Assembly (NCBI GenBank): GCA_028280675.1
Contig: JANQLI010000129.1
Coordinates: 1,833 to 65,832 of the forward strand
Direction of reading: 5' to 3'
Length of the DNA: 64,000 bases
Source: Alphaproteobacteria bacterium
GTDB taxonomy: Bacteria; Pseudomonadota; Alphaproteobacteria; SMXP01
In this document: in pieces, positions 30,897 through 40,543 of the stretch
How positions within the stretch are numbered: position 1 is the stretch's first letter
Layout: the number at the start of each line of letters is the position of its first letter
The notes under the pieces: generated by a model
What the model saw: the letters and a program-made list of their open reading frames with translations, nothing else
Database searches by the model: none
Told to the model about the DNA's origin: nothing
Position numbers and translations under genes: made by a program

Positions 30897-32225
30897 ATGA
30901 ATCAAAAGCTGCAAGTGATCTGGCAATGGATTCGAGACTTGCCGCATAACATTCGGCATTTGTTTTTCGGATGGTGGGTACTTGCCGGTGTATTTATTGT
31001 CTATGCAGCCTCCAACGGAATCATTCTCAATACACTGCCACTGATTTACCCCGACTTGGTCAAAGAGTTTGGCTGGACCAATGAACAAGTCACACGACCT
31101 GCGACGCTTTTCCTCTTAATCACAGCAATATTGTCCCCCTTTGGTGGAACACTACTTGATCGCTGGCCACCGAAGAAGCTTATGCTTATTGGGATTGGCA
31201 TGATCCTTATCGCTCTTGCTTGCCTCCCAATCATTTCAACATTGAATCAGCTCACCGCCATTTATCTTACTTTTTCCATTGGCCTTGCCTTAGGCGGTTT
31301 GATCGCCAGCATGGTGATCGTAACACGTTGGTTCGTCCGTTATCGTGGCCTCGCTGTCGGCTTGTTGCTGATGGCGTCAAGTTTTGGCGGCGCTATTTTC
31401 CCTTGGTTAGTTGGCGATACGCTTGTTGAATCTGGTTGGCGACAAGCCATGCTCTTACTTGCTGGCATTGGCGGCGTGATGATGCTGGTGCCGCTTATTT
31501 TCCTTGTCCGTAATCAACCAAGCGATATGGGTTTAAATCCGGATGGAGACGATGTAAAAACTAACGCTGAACCTGTACCATCAGAATCTACTGCAGCGAC
31601 AACCCATATTGGCCCAACACTGCAAGACGCATTTCGCTCACCCGCGTTCTACCTTCTCGCTTTTGCCACTGGCACATTGTGGTTTTGCATTTTGGGTGTG
31701 TTGCAACATCAAGGTCTTTACCTTGGGCTAGACTTAAAAGTTGACCCTGCAGTTATTCCAGACGTGTTTATAGCGTTCTTTTGGGCAGCAGTTGTCGGCA
31801 AAGTGTTGTTTGGCTGGCTCAGTGATCATTTTGACAAACTCCTGATCATGCTTGCGGCTGTTGGCAATCTGATCCTTGGACTCATTGTCTTACGTCTAGT
31901 CGATGCTGATTCGCTTTTCTCCGTTTATCTCTATGCCATTATCTATGGTGTTGGCTATAGCGGCGCCTTTACAATGATCCAGCTTGCCATTGCCGAATTT
32001 TTCTCAGGGAGTTCCTATGGCAAAATTTTAGGGACCTTTACATTAGTTGATACATTGTCGGGATCACTTGGTGTATTCGTTCTGGGCACTATGCGTGACA
32101 GTATGGGTGATTACATTGCTGCCTTTAATTTGATGATTGCATTATGTGTCGTCGCCTTTTTATGCGTTATAGTATTGATGCGGATGAATCATGGGCAAAA
32201 CACTGAGCTAGCTGGCAACACATAG
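30897..32225 (+). CDS. MFS transporter
   Basis: 12-TM MFS topology. The start at 30897 has a strong SD (GGAGGAAGGG) 7 nt upstream. It is divergent from cueR. Confidence 0.7.
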   Translation: MNQKLQVIWQWIRDLPHNIRHLFFGWWVLAGVFIVYAASNGIILNTLPLIYPDLVKEFGWTNEQVTRPATLFLLITAILSPFGGTLLDRWPPKKLMLIGIGMILIALACLPIISTLNQLTAIYLTFSIGLALGGLIASMVIVTRWFVRYRGLAVGLLLMASSFGGAIFPWLVGDTLVESGWRQAMLLLAGIGGVMMLVPLIFLVRNQPSDMGLNPDGDDVKTNAEPVPSESTAATTHIGPTLQDAFRSPAFYLLAFATGTLWFCILGVLQHQGLYLGLDLKVDPAVIPDVFIAFFWAAVVGKVLFGWLSDHFDKLLIMLAAVGNLILGLIVLRLVDADSLFSVYLYAIIYGVGYSGAFTMIQLAIAEFFSGSSYGKILGTFTLVDTLSGSLGVFVLGTMRDSMGDYIAAFNLMIALCVVAFLCVIVLMRMNHGQNTELAGNT

Positions 32226-32311
32226 CACCTGTTGGTCAGGATACTAGAGCACGATTACTTTACGCGCGCTGACCCTCTAAACTTAGCTTTATAGGTAAGA
32301 GGGTTATTGTT

Positions 32312-34276
32312 ATGCGTGTTCTCTGTTTTATTGCGATTGGCCTGTGGACGACTGCAGGTGTAGCTCAAGAGTGGTCTGTGTGGGGTGGTGATCCAGGCGG
32401 CGCACGTTATTCAGCCTTGAATCAGATCAACGTCGATACCATTGATGATCTTGAGATTGCCTGGCAAGTGCAAACAGGCGCTGTAGAAAAATATCCTGAG
32501 ATCGCGAATCTGTTTGCAGGCTTTCAAGTCAATCCGATTTTGCTGCCCGAAAATGCCGGGCGTCACCTCATCCTCTGCACACCCTTCCATGACATTATCG
32601 CCCTTGATCCGGAAACCGGAGAGGAGCGGTGGCGCTATGAACCGGATGTGCATATGGGCGGCTATGCCTCTGACGATGATCCGGAAGGCAAAAAAAGTTT
32701 GCCCTTTAAAAAATGCCGCGGTGTTTCGCTCTGGCAAGACAGTAACGACCCATCCGGTTTTTGCGCGTCACGTATTCTTACCGGGACAACGGACCTTCGT
32801 CTTATTGCCTTAGACGCCCGCAGTGGGCAGCCATGTCCCGATTTCGGCGCCAACGGGGAAAAAGACGTCAATGACATCTACCTTACGAAGAAACCAGCCT
32901 GGCGCAATGAGGTGCAGTTTTATTCACCGCCTGTAATTATTGGTGATCTGATGGTGATTGGCACATCAGTGCGCGATAATCACCGCATTGACGCGCCATC
33001 CGGTGCTATCCGCGCTTTTAATGTTCGCACAGGTGAGATGGCGTGGGAGTGGGACCCTATTCCGCGCGATGCCAGCGATCCTGAATATGTTAATTGGGAC
33101 CCCAAAGCCGCCGCAACAACAGGAGGCGGCAATGTCTGGTCGATGATGAGCGTCGATGCAGAGCGCGATCTCATCTTTCTCCCCACCACAGGCCCCTCGG
33201 TTGATTTTTACGGCGGCAATCGCCCAGGCGATAACCGTTACGCTGATTCTATCGTCGCCTTGCGCGGCTCGACCGGTGAGCTGGTCTGGCATTTCCAGAC
33301 CATTCATCATGATGTGTGGGATTATGACAATGCGGCGCAGCCCGTTCTGGTCGATCTGGTGAAAGACGGCAAACCGTTTCCAGCGGTGATCCAAGCCACC
33401 AAAACCAGCATGATTTATATTTTTCACCGCGAAACCGGAGAGCCTTATTTCAAGATCGAAGAACGCCCAGTGCCAACCGATGGGGTGATGGGCGAGCACC
33501 TCTCGCCGACACAGCCTTTCCCGGTCGCCCCGCCGCCGCTCTCACCCCATAACTTTACCTTTGAGGATGAGTGGTGGCTGAATTTTGGAGCGTGTGCGGA
33601 CAAATACAAAGATGCCCGTGTCGGCCCGATTTTCACCCCGCCATCAGAAGAAGGTACACTTGTCGTGCCGGCCACAGCAGGCGGTGTGAATTGGGGCAGT
33701 GTCGCTATTCACAAACCAAGCAACACGCTGATTACCAATGTATTGAACCTGTTGCATTTTGTGCAATTGATCCCGAATGACAAAGTCAATCCGGATGAAT
33801 TAAGCGGAGAAACCATGGGCGCCCCACGGCCACTCATCGGCACGCCTTATCATCTTAAACAAGGGCCAGCGATGTCGCCGCGTTTTACACCCTGTAATGC
33901 GCCACCCTTTGCCAAGCTCGTTGCGGTTGATCTCAATGACGGCACTATCAAATGGGATGTGCCCTTAGGAACGATTGAAAAAGTTGCTCCCATACCCCTG
34001 CCAATCCGGTGGGGCGCGCCGAGCTTTTCGGGTGGCATCGTCACAGGTGGAAACCTCATATTTATCGGCGCAACGGCAGACGATCGTTTCCGCGCGTTTA
34101 ATATTGAAAATGGTGAAGAAATTTGGTCGCAGAAAATGCCAAAGGGCTCATTCGCGCACCCTATGACTTATAAAATCAACGGGCGGCAATATGTCGTCGT
34201 GGTGTCCGGCGGACACCCCTTTGTTGACCAAGATCCTGGGGATTTCGTGACGGCTTTTGCTCTGCCGCAAGATTAA
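32312..34276 (+). CDS. PQQ-dependent dehydrogenase (quinoprotein alcohol/sugar dehydrogenase family)
   Basis: Signal peptide, W-rich beta-propeller repeats, and the diagnostic HHDVWDYD motif. Confidence 0.7.
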   Translation: MRVLCFIAIGLWTTAGVAQEWSVWGGDPGGARYSALNQINVDTIDDLEIAWQVQTGAVEKYPEIANLFAGFQVNPILLPENAGRHLILCTPFHDIIALDPETGEERWRYEPDVHMGGYASDDDPEGKKSLPFKKCRGVSLWQDSNDPSGFCASRILTGTTDLRLIALDARSGQPCPDFGANGEKDVNDIYLTKKPAWRNEVQFYSPPVIIGDLMVIGTSVRDNHRIDAPSGAIRAFNVRTGEMAWEWDPIPRDASDPEYVNWDPKAAATTGGGNVWSMMSVDAERDLIFLPTTGPSVDFYGGNRPGDNRYADSIVALRGSTGELVWHFQTIHHDVWDYDNAAQPVLVDLVKDGKPFPAVIQATKTSMIYIFHRETGEPYFKIEERPVPTDGVMGEHLSPTQPFPVAPPPLSPHNFTFEDEWWLNFGACADKYKDARVGPIFTPPSEEGTLVVPATAGGVNWGSVAIHKPSNTLITNVLNLLHFVQLIPNDKVNPDELSGETMGAPRPLIGTPYHLKQGPAMSPRFTPCNAPPFAKLVAVDLNDGTIKWDVPLGTIEKVAPIPLPIRWGAPSFSGGIVTGGNLIFIGATADDRFRAFNIENGEEIWSQKMPKGSFAHPMTYKINGRQYVVVVSGGHPFVDQDPGDFVTAFALPQD

Positions 34277-34360
34277 TTCAGGGCAGAATCCAGACGAAAC
34301 AGGTAATTTTTGTATGATTCCAGCTTGCCATGATTTTTCAGCAGTCCTAAATTCACCGCT

Positions 34361-34711
34361 ATGAATATGAGACGCGTCATACTCTCTGGCCTGTTTACGC
34401 TGATCCTTCTTATTGGGTCGGTGATAAATGTCGTTGCGGCCTATTGCCCGCACGCTGATACAGGTCCCCAGCCAATCAGCATCATCAATCACCATGCACA
34501 CATGGACCATAAGGCGATGTCATCTGACAACGCGACCGCTCTTCCGGAGGTTTGCGATCTTGGTATGACCTGCACCTACGTTATGTCCAGCATTCTTCAG
34601 CAACCAACGCATAATACAAAAGTGTCACAGACATCCGGTCTCGTTGCGGGTGAGCCTATCATTCCGCTTTCGACACTTGAAGAGCACATACCACCACCGC
34701 CGCGAGTCTAA
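34361..34711 (+). CDS. Small secreted His/Met-rich protein (possible periplasmic copper-binding protein)
   Basis: Signal peptide and an HHAHMDHKAM segment. It sits immediately upstream of the multicopper oxidase gene. Confidence 0.35.
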   Translation: MNMRRVILSGLFTLILLIGSVINVVAAYCPHADTGPQPISIINHHAHMDHKAMSSDNATALPEVCDLGMTCTYVMSSILQQPTHNTKVSQTSGLVAGEPIIPLSTLEEHIPPPPRV

Positions 34712-34756
34712 CTCCACACGATAAACGCATTCGTCTTTTTATCTTAACGCCACCCC

Positions 34757-36871
34757 TTGCACGGATGGCGCACCTTGTGGAGTCTCGACATGACCATATG
34801 TCGTTTAAGCCTCATGGCGATCATGAGCATGTTTTTTATCGCACACGGGTTTGCTGAGGACACCGTGTCCTACGAACTCAATGTGGATACCAAAATTGTC
34901 AATTTTTCAGGACAAGAGGTCGAAGCTCTCGCCCTTAATGGGTCCATCCCTGGTCCGACCATTGAAGCAACAGTCGGGGATACATTGCGCGTGACCGTCA
35001 ACAACATGCTTGAGGGGGAAGCCTCTATTCATTGGCACGGTGTGTTGCTACCGCATGAGCAGGATGGCGTGCCCTATCTTAATACGGTACCGATTCCTGG
35101 GAAGACCTCACATACGTTTGAGTTCTCCGTCACCCATGCAGGAACGTATTGGTATCACTCACATACAGGCCTTCAAGAACAGCGCGGCGTTTATGGATCG
35201 ATCGTTTTCCATCCGAAAGAGGATGATCCCTATAGGCCTAATCACGACCACGTGATTGTTTTCTCGGATTGGACCAATGAAAATCCCAATGCAGTTCTCG
35301 CTAATCTGAAACGCGATGGCGATTATTACGCTTTAAAAAAAGGATCGGTTCTGTCTTGGGATAAAGTCATCCAAGCAGGGCCGGCGGCCGTCAAGAAACG
35401 GCTCACAGATTCCTGGACTCGCATGGGCCCCATGGATGTCTCGGATATTGGCTATGATGCATTTCTCGCCAATGGCCAGCAATCATCCTCCGTCATGGCC
35501 CATGCCGGTGAAACGCTACGTCTACGGATGATTAATGCCTCAGCCTCCAGCTATGTCACGGTTCAATTTGCAGGTGGTCCAATGACGGTCATTGCGGCCG
35601 ATGGCATGGATGTAGAGCCTATCGAGGTCGAGAAACTGACTATCGCTCTTGCTGAAACGTATGATGTGCTTGTGACACTGCCAGAAATGAAGAATTACGA
35701 ATTACGGGCTACTTCAGTCGACGGCACGGGCTATAGCAGCACCATGATCGGGATGGGGCCAACGGTAATGGCCCCAGCACTTGGAAAACCCAACCTGCTC
35801 ACAATGGACCATGATCACGGTGCCATGGCTGGTATGGCTCACGAGCAAATGGATCATGCACAGATGGATCACAGCGGCCACACTATGAGTGACATGACGC
35901 ATAATAGGGAAACGCTAGCCTCATCAGAGCCGGTGATTGCGCATATGGACGACTATGATTCGTTACGCGCGCCGCAATCGACACAGCTCCCCGCATCCAT
36001 GCCAATCCGCGATGTGCATTTGACTTTGACAGGCAATATGGAGCGTTTCGTTTGGTCGTTTAACAATAAAACCTTATCTGAGGCCGATAAGGTCCTCATC
36101 CGCAAAGGCAAAGTAGTGCGGTTCCATCTCACCAATGACACGATGATGGACCACCCACTGCACCTCCATGGTCACTTCTTTCGTGTGCTCAACGGCCAAG
36201 GGGAGTACAGTCCCCTCAAGCACACAGTCAATGTCCCGGCCATGGGAAAAGTGATGATTGAATTTGCCGCCAATGAAGAAAAAGATTGGTTTTTTCACTG
36301 TCATAATCTCTATCACATGAAAGCAGGCATGGCGCGGGTCATCTCATATGAAGAAAGCTCGCGCTATACTGACGCGATCCGCGATCAAATCGCGATGGAT
36401 TATCACTGGTATCCGAATCGCCAGATCCAAGTCTTCAATCACATGGCAGTAGGCATGTGGCGCATCTCAAACACCCGCAACGCTTTCGAATTTGAGTTCG
36501 ACTATGACTATGACACCTATTACGACATAGACCTTGTTTATGAACGGTCCATCACACGTTTCCTGGACATGTATGGTGGCGTTAACAGCGAACGCGATGC
36601 ACATGAGGATGAAACGAAGGCCATTGCTGGCATCAAATATGTGCTGCCCCTGTTGATCGAATCAGACTTACGTGTGAACAGTGATGGCCATTGGCGGTTC
36701 GGGCTTGAGTCAGAGCTGCAACTCACTGATCGCACGCGGTTCGATTGGCATTGGAACACCGATGAGGAATACCGCGTCACACTTGGCTACGACGTGACGA
36801 AAAATATCCGTCTGATCGCCAATAGCGATTCTGATTTTGACGCTGGCATTGGCGTGGAAATGCGGTTTTAA
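34757..36871 (+). CDS. copA: Copper-resistance multicopper oxidase (CopA/PcoA-like) with a C-terminal CopB-like extension
   Basis: The MCO copper sites HWHG, HSH and HCHxxxH are present, along with a Met/His-rich segment (MDHDHGAMAGMAHEQMDHAQMDHSGH). The C-terminal 170 aa or so resembles the CopB outer-membrane family (FLDMYGGVN...). Confidence 0.7.
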   Translation: MHGWRTLWSLDMTICRLSLMAIMSMFFIAHGFAEDTVSYELNVDTKIVNFSGQEVEALALNGSIPGPTIEATVGDTLRVTVNNMLEGEASIHWHGVLLPHEQDGVPYLNTVPIPGKTSHTFEFSVTHAGTYWYHSHTGLQEQRGVYGSIVFHPKEDDPYRPNHDHVIVFSDWTNENPNAVLANLKRDGDYYALKKGSVLSWDKVIQAGPAAVKKRLTDSWTRMGPMDVSDIGYDAFLANGQQSSSVMAHAGETLRLRMINASASSYVTVQFAGGPMTVIAADGMDVEPIEVEKLTIALAETYDVLVTLPEMKNYELRATSVDGTGYSSTMIGMGPTVMAPALGKPNLLTMDHDHGAMAGMAHEQMDHAQMDHSGHTMSDMTHNRETLASSEPVIAHMDDYDSLRAPQSTQLPASMPIRDVHLTLTGNMERFVWSFNNKTLSEADKVLIRKGKVVRFHLTNDTMMDHPLHLHGHFFRVLNGQGEYSPLKHTVNVPAMGKVMIEFAANEEKDWFFHCHNLYHMKAGMARVISYEESSRYTDAIRDQIAMDYHWYPNRQIQVFNHMAVGMWRISNTRNAFEFEFDYDYDTYYDIDLVYERSITRFLDMYGGVNSERDAHEDETKAIAGIKYVLPLLIESDLRVNSDGHWRFGLESELQLTDRTRFDWHWNTDEEYRVTLGYDVTKNIRLIANSDSDFDAGIGVEMRF

Positions 36872-36899
36872 TGCGCGTTCAATCATGAAAGGGAAGTGC

Positions 36900-37745
36900 A
36901 TGTCACTCACGCAAATCGGGTCCAATATCTGCTTCGGCGGGCAACAAAATCGCTATCAACATCAATCCAATGTACTCAACTGCGAAATGGTGTTTTCGGT
37001 CTATCTGCCTGCTGCAGCGGAGAACGGGCCATGCCCAATCCTTTATTGGCTGTCCGGTCTCACATGCACCGATGAAAACTTTGTCACCAAGGCAGGCGCA
37101 CAGAAATATGCGGCTGAGCACGGGATCATCATTGTCGCCCCGGACACCAGTCCACGCGGTGAGGGGGTGCCGGATGATCCCGACGGGGCGTATGACTTTG
37201 GCCTCAGCGCTGGATTTTATGTGAATGCGACCGAAGAGCCATGGTCCGTGCATTACAACATGTATGATTACATCATCAAAGAACTGCCAACGCTGATCAA
37301 CGCCAATTTCCCTGTCGATGCTTCACGCGTCGGAATCTTTGGACATTCCATGGGCGGTCACGGCGCGCTGACTATCGCACTCAAGAATCCTGACATTTAT
37401 CAATCAGTATCGGCTTTCGCGCCGATTGTGGCGCCGCTCAGATGTCCTTGGGGGCAGAAAGCACTCAGCAATTATTTAGGCAGCGATCAATCCATATGGG
37501 CTGACTATGACACGACCGCATTGATAGCGCGCGGCGAAAACAAAATTCCGCTTTTTGTTGATCAAGGTCTTGCCGATCAATTTCTTGAAGAGCAATTAAA
37601 ACCGGAATTGCTTGAAGAAGCGTGTAAAGCCCATGACCACCCGCTCATCCTGCGCCGTCATGACGGCTATGATCATTCTTATTTTTTTGTCGCAAGCTTC
37701 ATGGAAGACCATATCCGCTATCACGCGGAACACTTGTCACGGTAA
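36900..37745 (+). CDS. fghA: S-formylglutathione hydrolase (esterase D)
   Basis: ...VFSVYLP...YWLSGLTCTDENF...GHSMGGHGAL... are the FghA/FrmB family motifs. Confidence 0.8.
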   Translation: MSLTQIGSNICFGGQQNRYQHQSNVLNCEMVFSVYLPAAAENGPCPILYWLSGLTCTDENFVTKAGAQKYAAEHGIIIVAPDTSPRGEGVPDDPDGAYDFGLSAGFYVNATEEPWSVHYNMYDYIIKELPTLINANFPVDASRVGIFGHSMGGHGALTIALKNPDIYQSVSAFAPIVAPLRCPWGQKALSNYLGSDQSIWADYDTTALIARGENKIPLFVDQGLADQFLEEQLKPELLEEACKAHDHPLILRRHDGYDHSYFFVASFMEDHIRYHAEHLSR

Positions 37746-38303
37746 ATCATAAGTAAAAGGCGAGTCGATTTCCGATAATCGGGGAAGTGTGGTGTCTTTT
37801 CCAGAAAGCTGCGGCCCATTTTCAGGTAATGGCCAGTCGATCGCGATGTCAGGATCATTCCAGATGATTCCGTGATCATTTTCAGGACTATAAAGGGCGG
37901 TCACTTTATAGAGGAAGGTGGTGTCTTCGGTTAACGTCACAAAACCATGGGCAAAGCCTTTCGGCACGAAGAGTTGCGCGCCATTCTCAGCGGTGAGTTC
38001 CGCACCGACATACTGTCCAAAAGTCGGCGAGCCATTGCGAATATCCACAGCCACGTCATAAACGGCACCTGTGACGACACGCACCAATTTATCTTGCGCA
38101 AAGGGCGGGGATTGAAAGTGCAACCCCCGCAACACGCCAACATCTTTGGAAAAAGAATGATTGTCTTGCACAAAGTCGAGATCAAAACCAGCTTCAGCAA
38201 AACGTTGTTGATTCCACGTCTCTGTAAAAAAGCCGCGATCATCGCCAAAGCGCTGTGGGGTGATCAGTTTGACGTCGGGTATAGCGAGCGTTTCAACCTG
38301 CAT
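37737..38303 (-). CDS. rfbC: dTDP-4-dehydrorhamnose 3,5-epimerase
   Basis: Cupin RmlC motifs (RGLHFQ...KLVRVV.GAVYDVAVDIR). Its 3' end overlaps the fghA 3' end by a few bases (convergent). Confidence 0.85.
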   Translation of the reverse strand: MQVETLAIPDVKLITPQRFGDDRGFFTETWNQQRFAEAGFDLDFVQDNHSFSKDVGVLRGLHFQSPPFAQDKLVRVVTGAVYDVAVDIRNGSPTFGQYVGAELTAENGAQLFVPKGFAHGFVTLTEDTTFLYKVTALYSPENDHGIIWNDPDIAIDWPLPENGPQLSGKDTTLPRLSEIDSPFTYDLP

Positions 38304-38308
38304 GGGCG

Positions 38309-39178
38309 TCACGAGTCCTTAACGAGATTCATGAGATATTGGCCATAGCCGCTTTTAATCAAGGGCTGTGCAAGGCGCTCAATATCTTCAGCACTCACCC
38401 AATCATTCTGATAAGCAATTTCTTCCAGACACGCGATGCGCAAGCCCTGGCGGCTTTCAATGGTACGAACGAAATCAGCAGCCTCTACAAGGCTTTCATG
38501 GGTGCCCGTATCAAACCAGCAATGCCCGCGCCCTAAGCGCTCAACACGCAAGTCCCCTTTCTCAAGATAAGCCGCGTTTACAGACGTAATCTCAAGTTCG
38601 CCGCGATGCGAAGGTTTAATGGCCGCCGCGATATCGACGACATCATTGTCATAAAAATAAAGTCCCGTCACAGCCCAATTCGATTTTGGGTTTTTGGGTT
38701 TCTCTTCAATATTAACAGCCCGAAAACGGTCATCGATCGTGACAACACCGAAGCGCTCTGGGTCATGGACATGATAACCAAAAATAGTCGCCCCCGCTTC
38801 CTGACTTGATGCGCGGCGCAAACTGTCGGTGAGGCCATGACCGTAAAATATATTGTCGCCAAGAACCAGGGCACAGGAATCGGTCCCGATGAAATCACGC
38901 CCAATAAGAAAGGCTTGCGCAAGCCCATCCGGGCTTGGCTGAATGGCATAAGAGAGATTAATGCCCCACTGTGCCCCATCACCAAGAAGCTGGGTAAAGA
39001 GAGGTTGGTCCTCAGGGGTCGTGATTAATAAAATATCACGGATCCCCGCCAGCATCAGCGTGCTGAGGGGATAGTAGATCATCGGTTTGTCGAAGACCGG
39101 GAGCAATTGTTTGGAAACAACTTTGGTCACGGGATAAAGCCGTGTGCCTGATCCTCCCGCCAGAATAATCCCTTTCAT
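38309..39178 (-). CDS. rfbA: Glucose-1-phosphate thymidylyltransferase
   Basis: [18 protein letters not shown] is the RmlA N-terminal signature. About 290 aa from that start. Confidence 0.9.
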   Translation of the reverse strand: MKGIILAGGSGTRLYPVTKVVSKQLLPVFDKPMIYYPLSTLMLAGIRDILLITTPEDQPLFTQLLGDGAQWGINLSYAIQPSPDGLAQAFLIGRDFIGTDSCALVLGDNIFYGHGLTDSLRRASSQEAGATIFGYHVHDPERFGVVTIDDRFRAVNIEEKPKNPKSNWAVTGLYFYDNDVVDIAAAIKPSHRGELEITSVNAAYLEKGDLRVERLGRGHCWFDTGTHESLVEAADFVRTIESRQGLRIACLEEIAYQNDWVSAEDIERLAQPLIKSGYGQYLMNLVKDS

Positions 39179-39231
39179 CACGTCTGGTCCTTTCTTCAGT
39201 ATAAACCTAGATTCATCATGATCAAAGGCAC

Positions 39232-40278
39232 TTAACGTAAACCTAACCTCTCGCCACCATAGGCGTTCGACTTTGATTGTCCCCAAGAAGAATACTCAAG
39301 ATACCATTCCACCGTTTTGCGCAGACCTGTGTCAAATGTCTCTTCCGCCTGCCAGCCAAGGTCAATCTCAATTTTACTTGCGTCAATCGCATAACGGAAG
39401 TCGTGTCCTGGGCGATCAGTTACATAGGTGATCAGATCGCGATAAGATCCACCCGCGCGAGGACGTAATTCATCCAGTAAATCACATAAAGTATGAACGA
39501 CTTCGAGATTGGTCCGCTCATTGCGCCCACCGATATTATAGCTTTCGCCGATCACGCCTCGCTCCAAGGCGAGCACCAAACCTTTGGCATGATCGTCCAC
39601 ATAGAGCCAATCACGGATATTCTCGCCCTTGCCATAGACTGGCATTGTCTCCCCGGCGAGGGCCTTGAGAATCATCAACGGAATCAGTTTTTCCGGGAAC
39701 TGATAGGGGCCATAATTGTTCGAGCAGTTGGTCAGAACGACTGGCAAACCATAGGTTTCATGCCAAGCGCGCACCAAATGATCGGAAGAGGCTTTACTGG
39801 CCGAATAAGGCGAACGCGGGTCATAGGGAGTTGTCTCGGTGAACACCCCTTCCGTGTCTAAGCTGCCAAACACTTCGTCTGTGGAGATATGATGAAACCG
39901 GAAGCGGGCACGCGCCGCTTGTGGAAGATGCGTCCAATACGCCGTCGCAATGTCCAACAGAATTTGCGTTCCAACAATATTAGTTTGAATGAACTGCCCT
40001 GGACCATCAATAGACCGGTCCACATGGCTTTCCGCGGCTAAATGCATGATGGCATCGGGTTGATAGCTCTGAATCACACGAGATACTTCAGCGGCATCGC
40101 AAATATCCACTTTTTCAAAGCTATACCGCGGATGACCCTCCGCGCCGGGAATCGCCTCTAAATTGGCAGCATAGGTGAGCTTATCGAGGTTTATGACGCT
40201 ATGATCCGAGTTGGCCAGAAGATGTCGAATAACGGCAGACCCGATGAACCCTGCCCCGCCTGTCACCAAAATACGCAT
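39232..40278 (-). CDS. rfbB: dTDP-glucose 4,6-dehydratase
   Basis: [14 protein letters not shown] plus the YxxxK catalytic region. At 348 aa it matches RmlB. Confidence 0.9.
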   Translation of the reverse strand: MRILVTGGAGFIGSAVIRHLLANSDHSVINLDKLTYAANLEAIPGAEGHPRYSFEKVDICDAAEVSRVIQSYQPDAIMHLAAESHVDRSIDGPGQFIQTNIVGTQILLDIATAYWTHLPQAARARFRFHHISTDEVFGSLDTEGVFTETTPYDPRSPYSASKASSDHLVRAWHETYGLPVVLTNCSNNYGPYQFPEKLIPLMILKALAGETMPVYGKGENIRDWLYVDDHAKGLVLALERGVIGESYNIGGRNERTNLEVVHTLCDLLDELRPRAGGSYRDLITYVTDRPGHDFRYAIDASKIEIDLGWQAEETFDTGLRKTVEWYLEYSSWGQSKSNAYGGERLGLR

Positions 40279-40543
40279 GATTTCATCCTAAACCGTTATG
40301 AGACATTAATTAAGCCGATTGACCGGATTTCAACGTTTCAATGGTTGTATTAGAGCATCCCTGCCCGCAGAGCAATCTTATCCCCCATAACAAATCCAGA
40401 AAGCCTATAGGATGGATAATTATGTATTCAAAATAAAAAATATTTAGAGAACACGGATAAAGATATATTAAAGGCGCAACAGTAAAAACTAGATATCATG
40501 CGAATCTCGGAATTGTTGTTAAAATCCGTAGGAATACCCAGCT

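Noticed and set aside
34757-34789. Alternative upstream start for the multicopper oxidase (MHGWRTLWSLD...)
   Set aside because: A more plausible signal-peptide-bearing start, MTICRLSLMAIMSMFFIAHGFA, lies 33 nt downstream. I kept the long ORF coordinates but flag the uncertainty.
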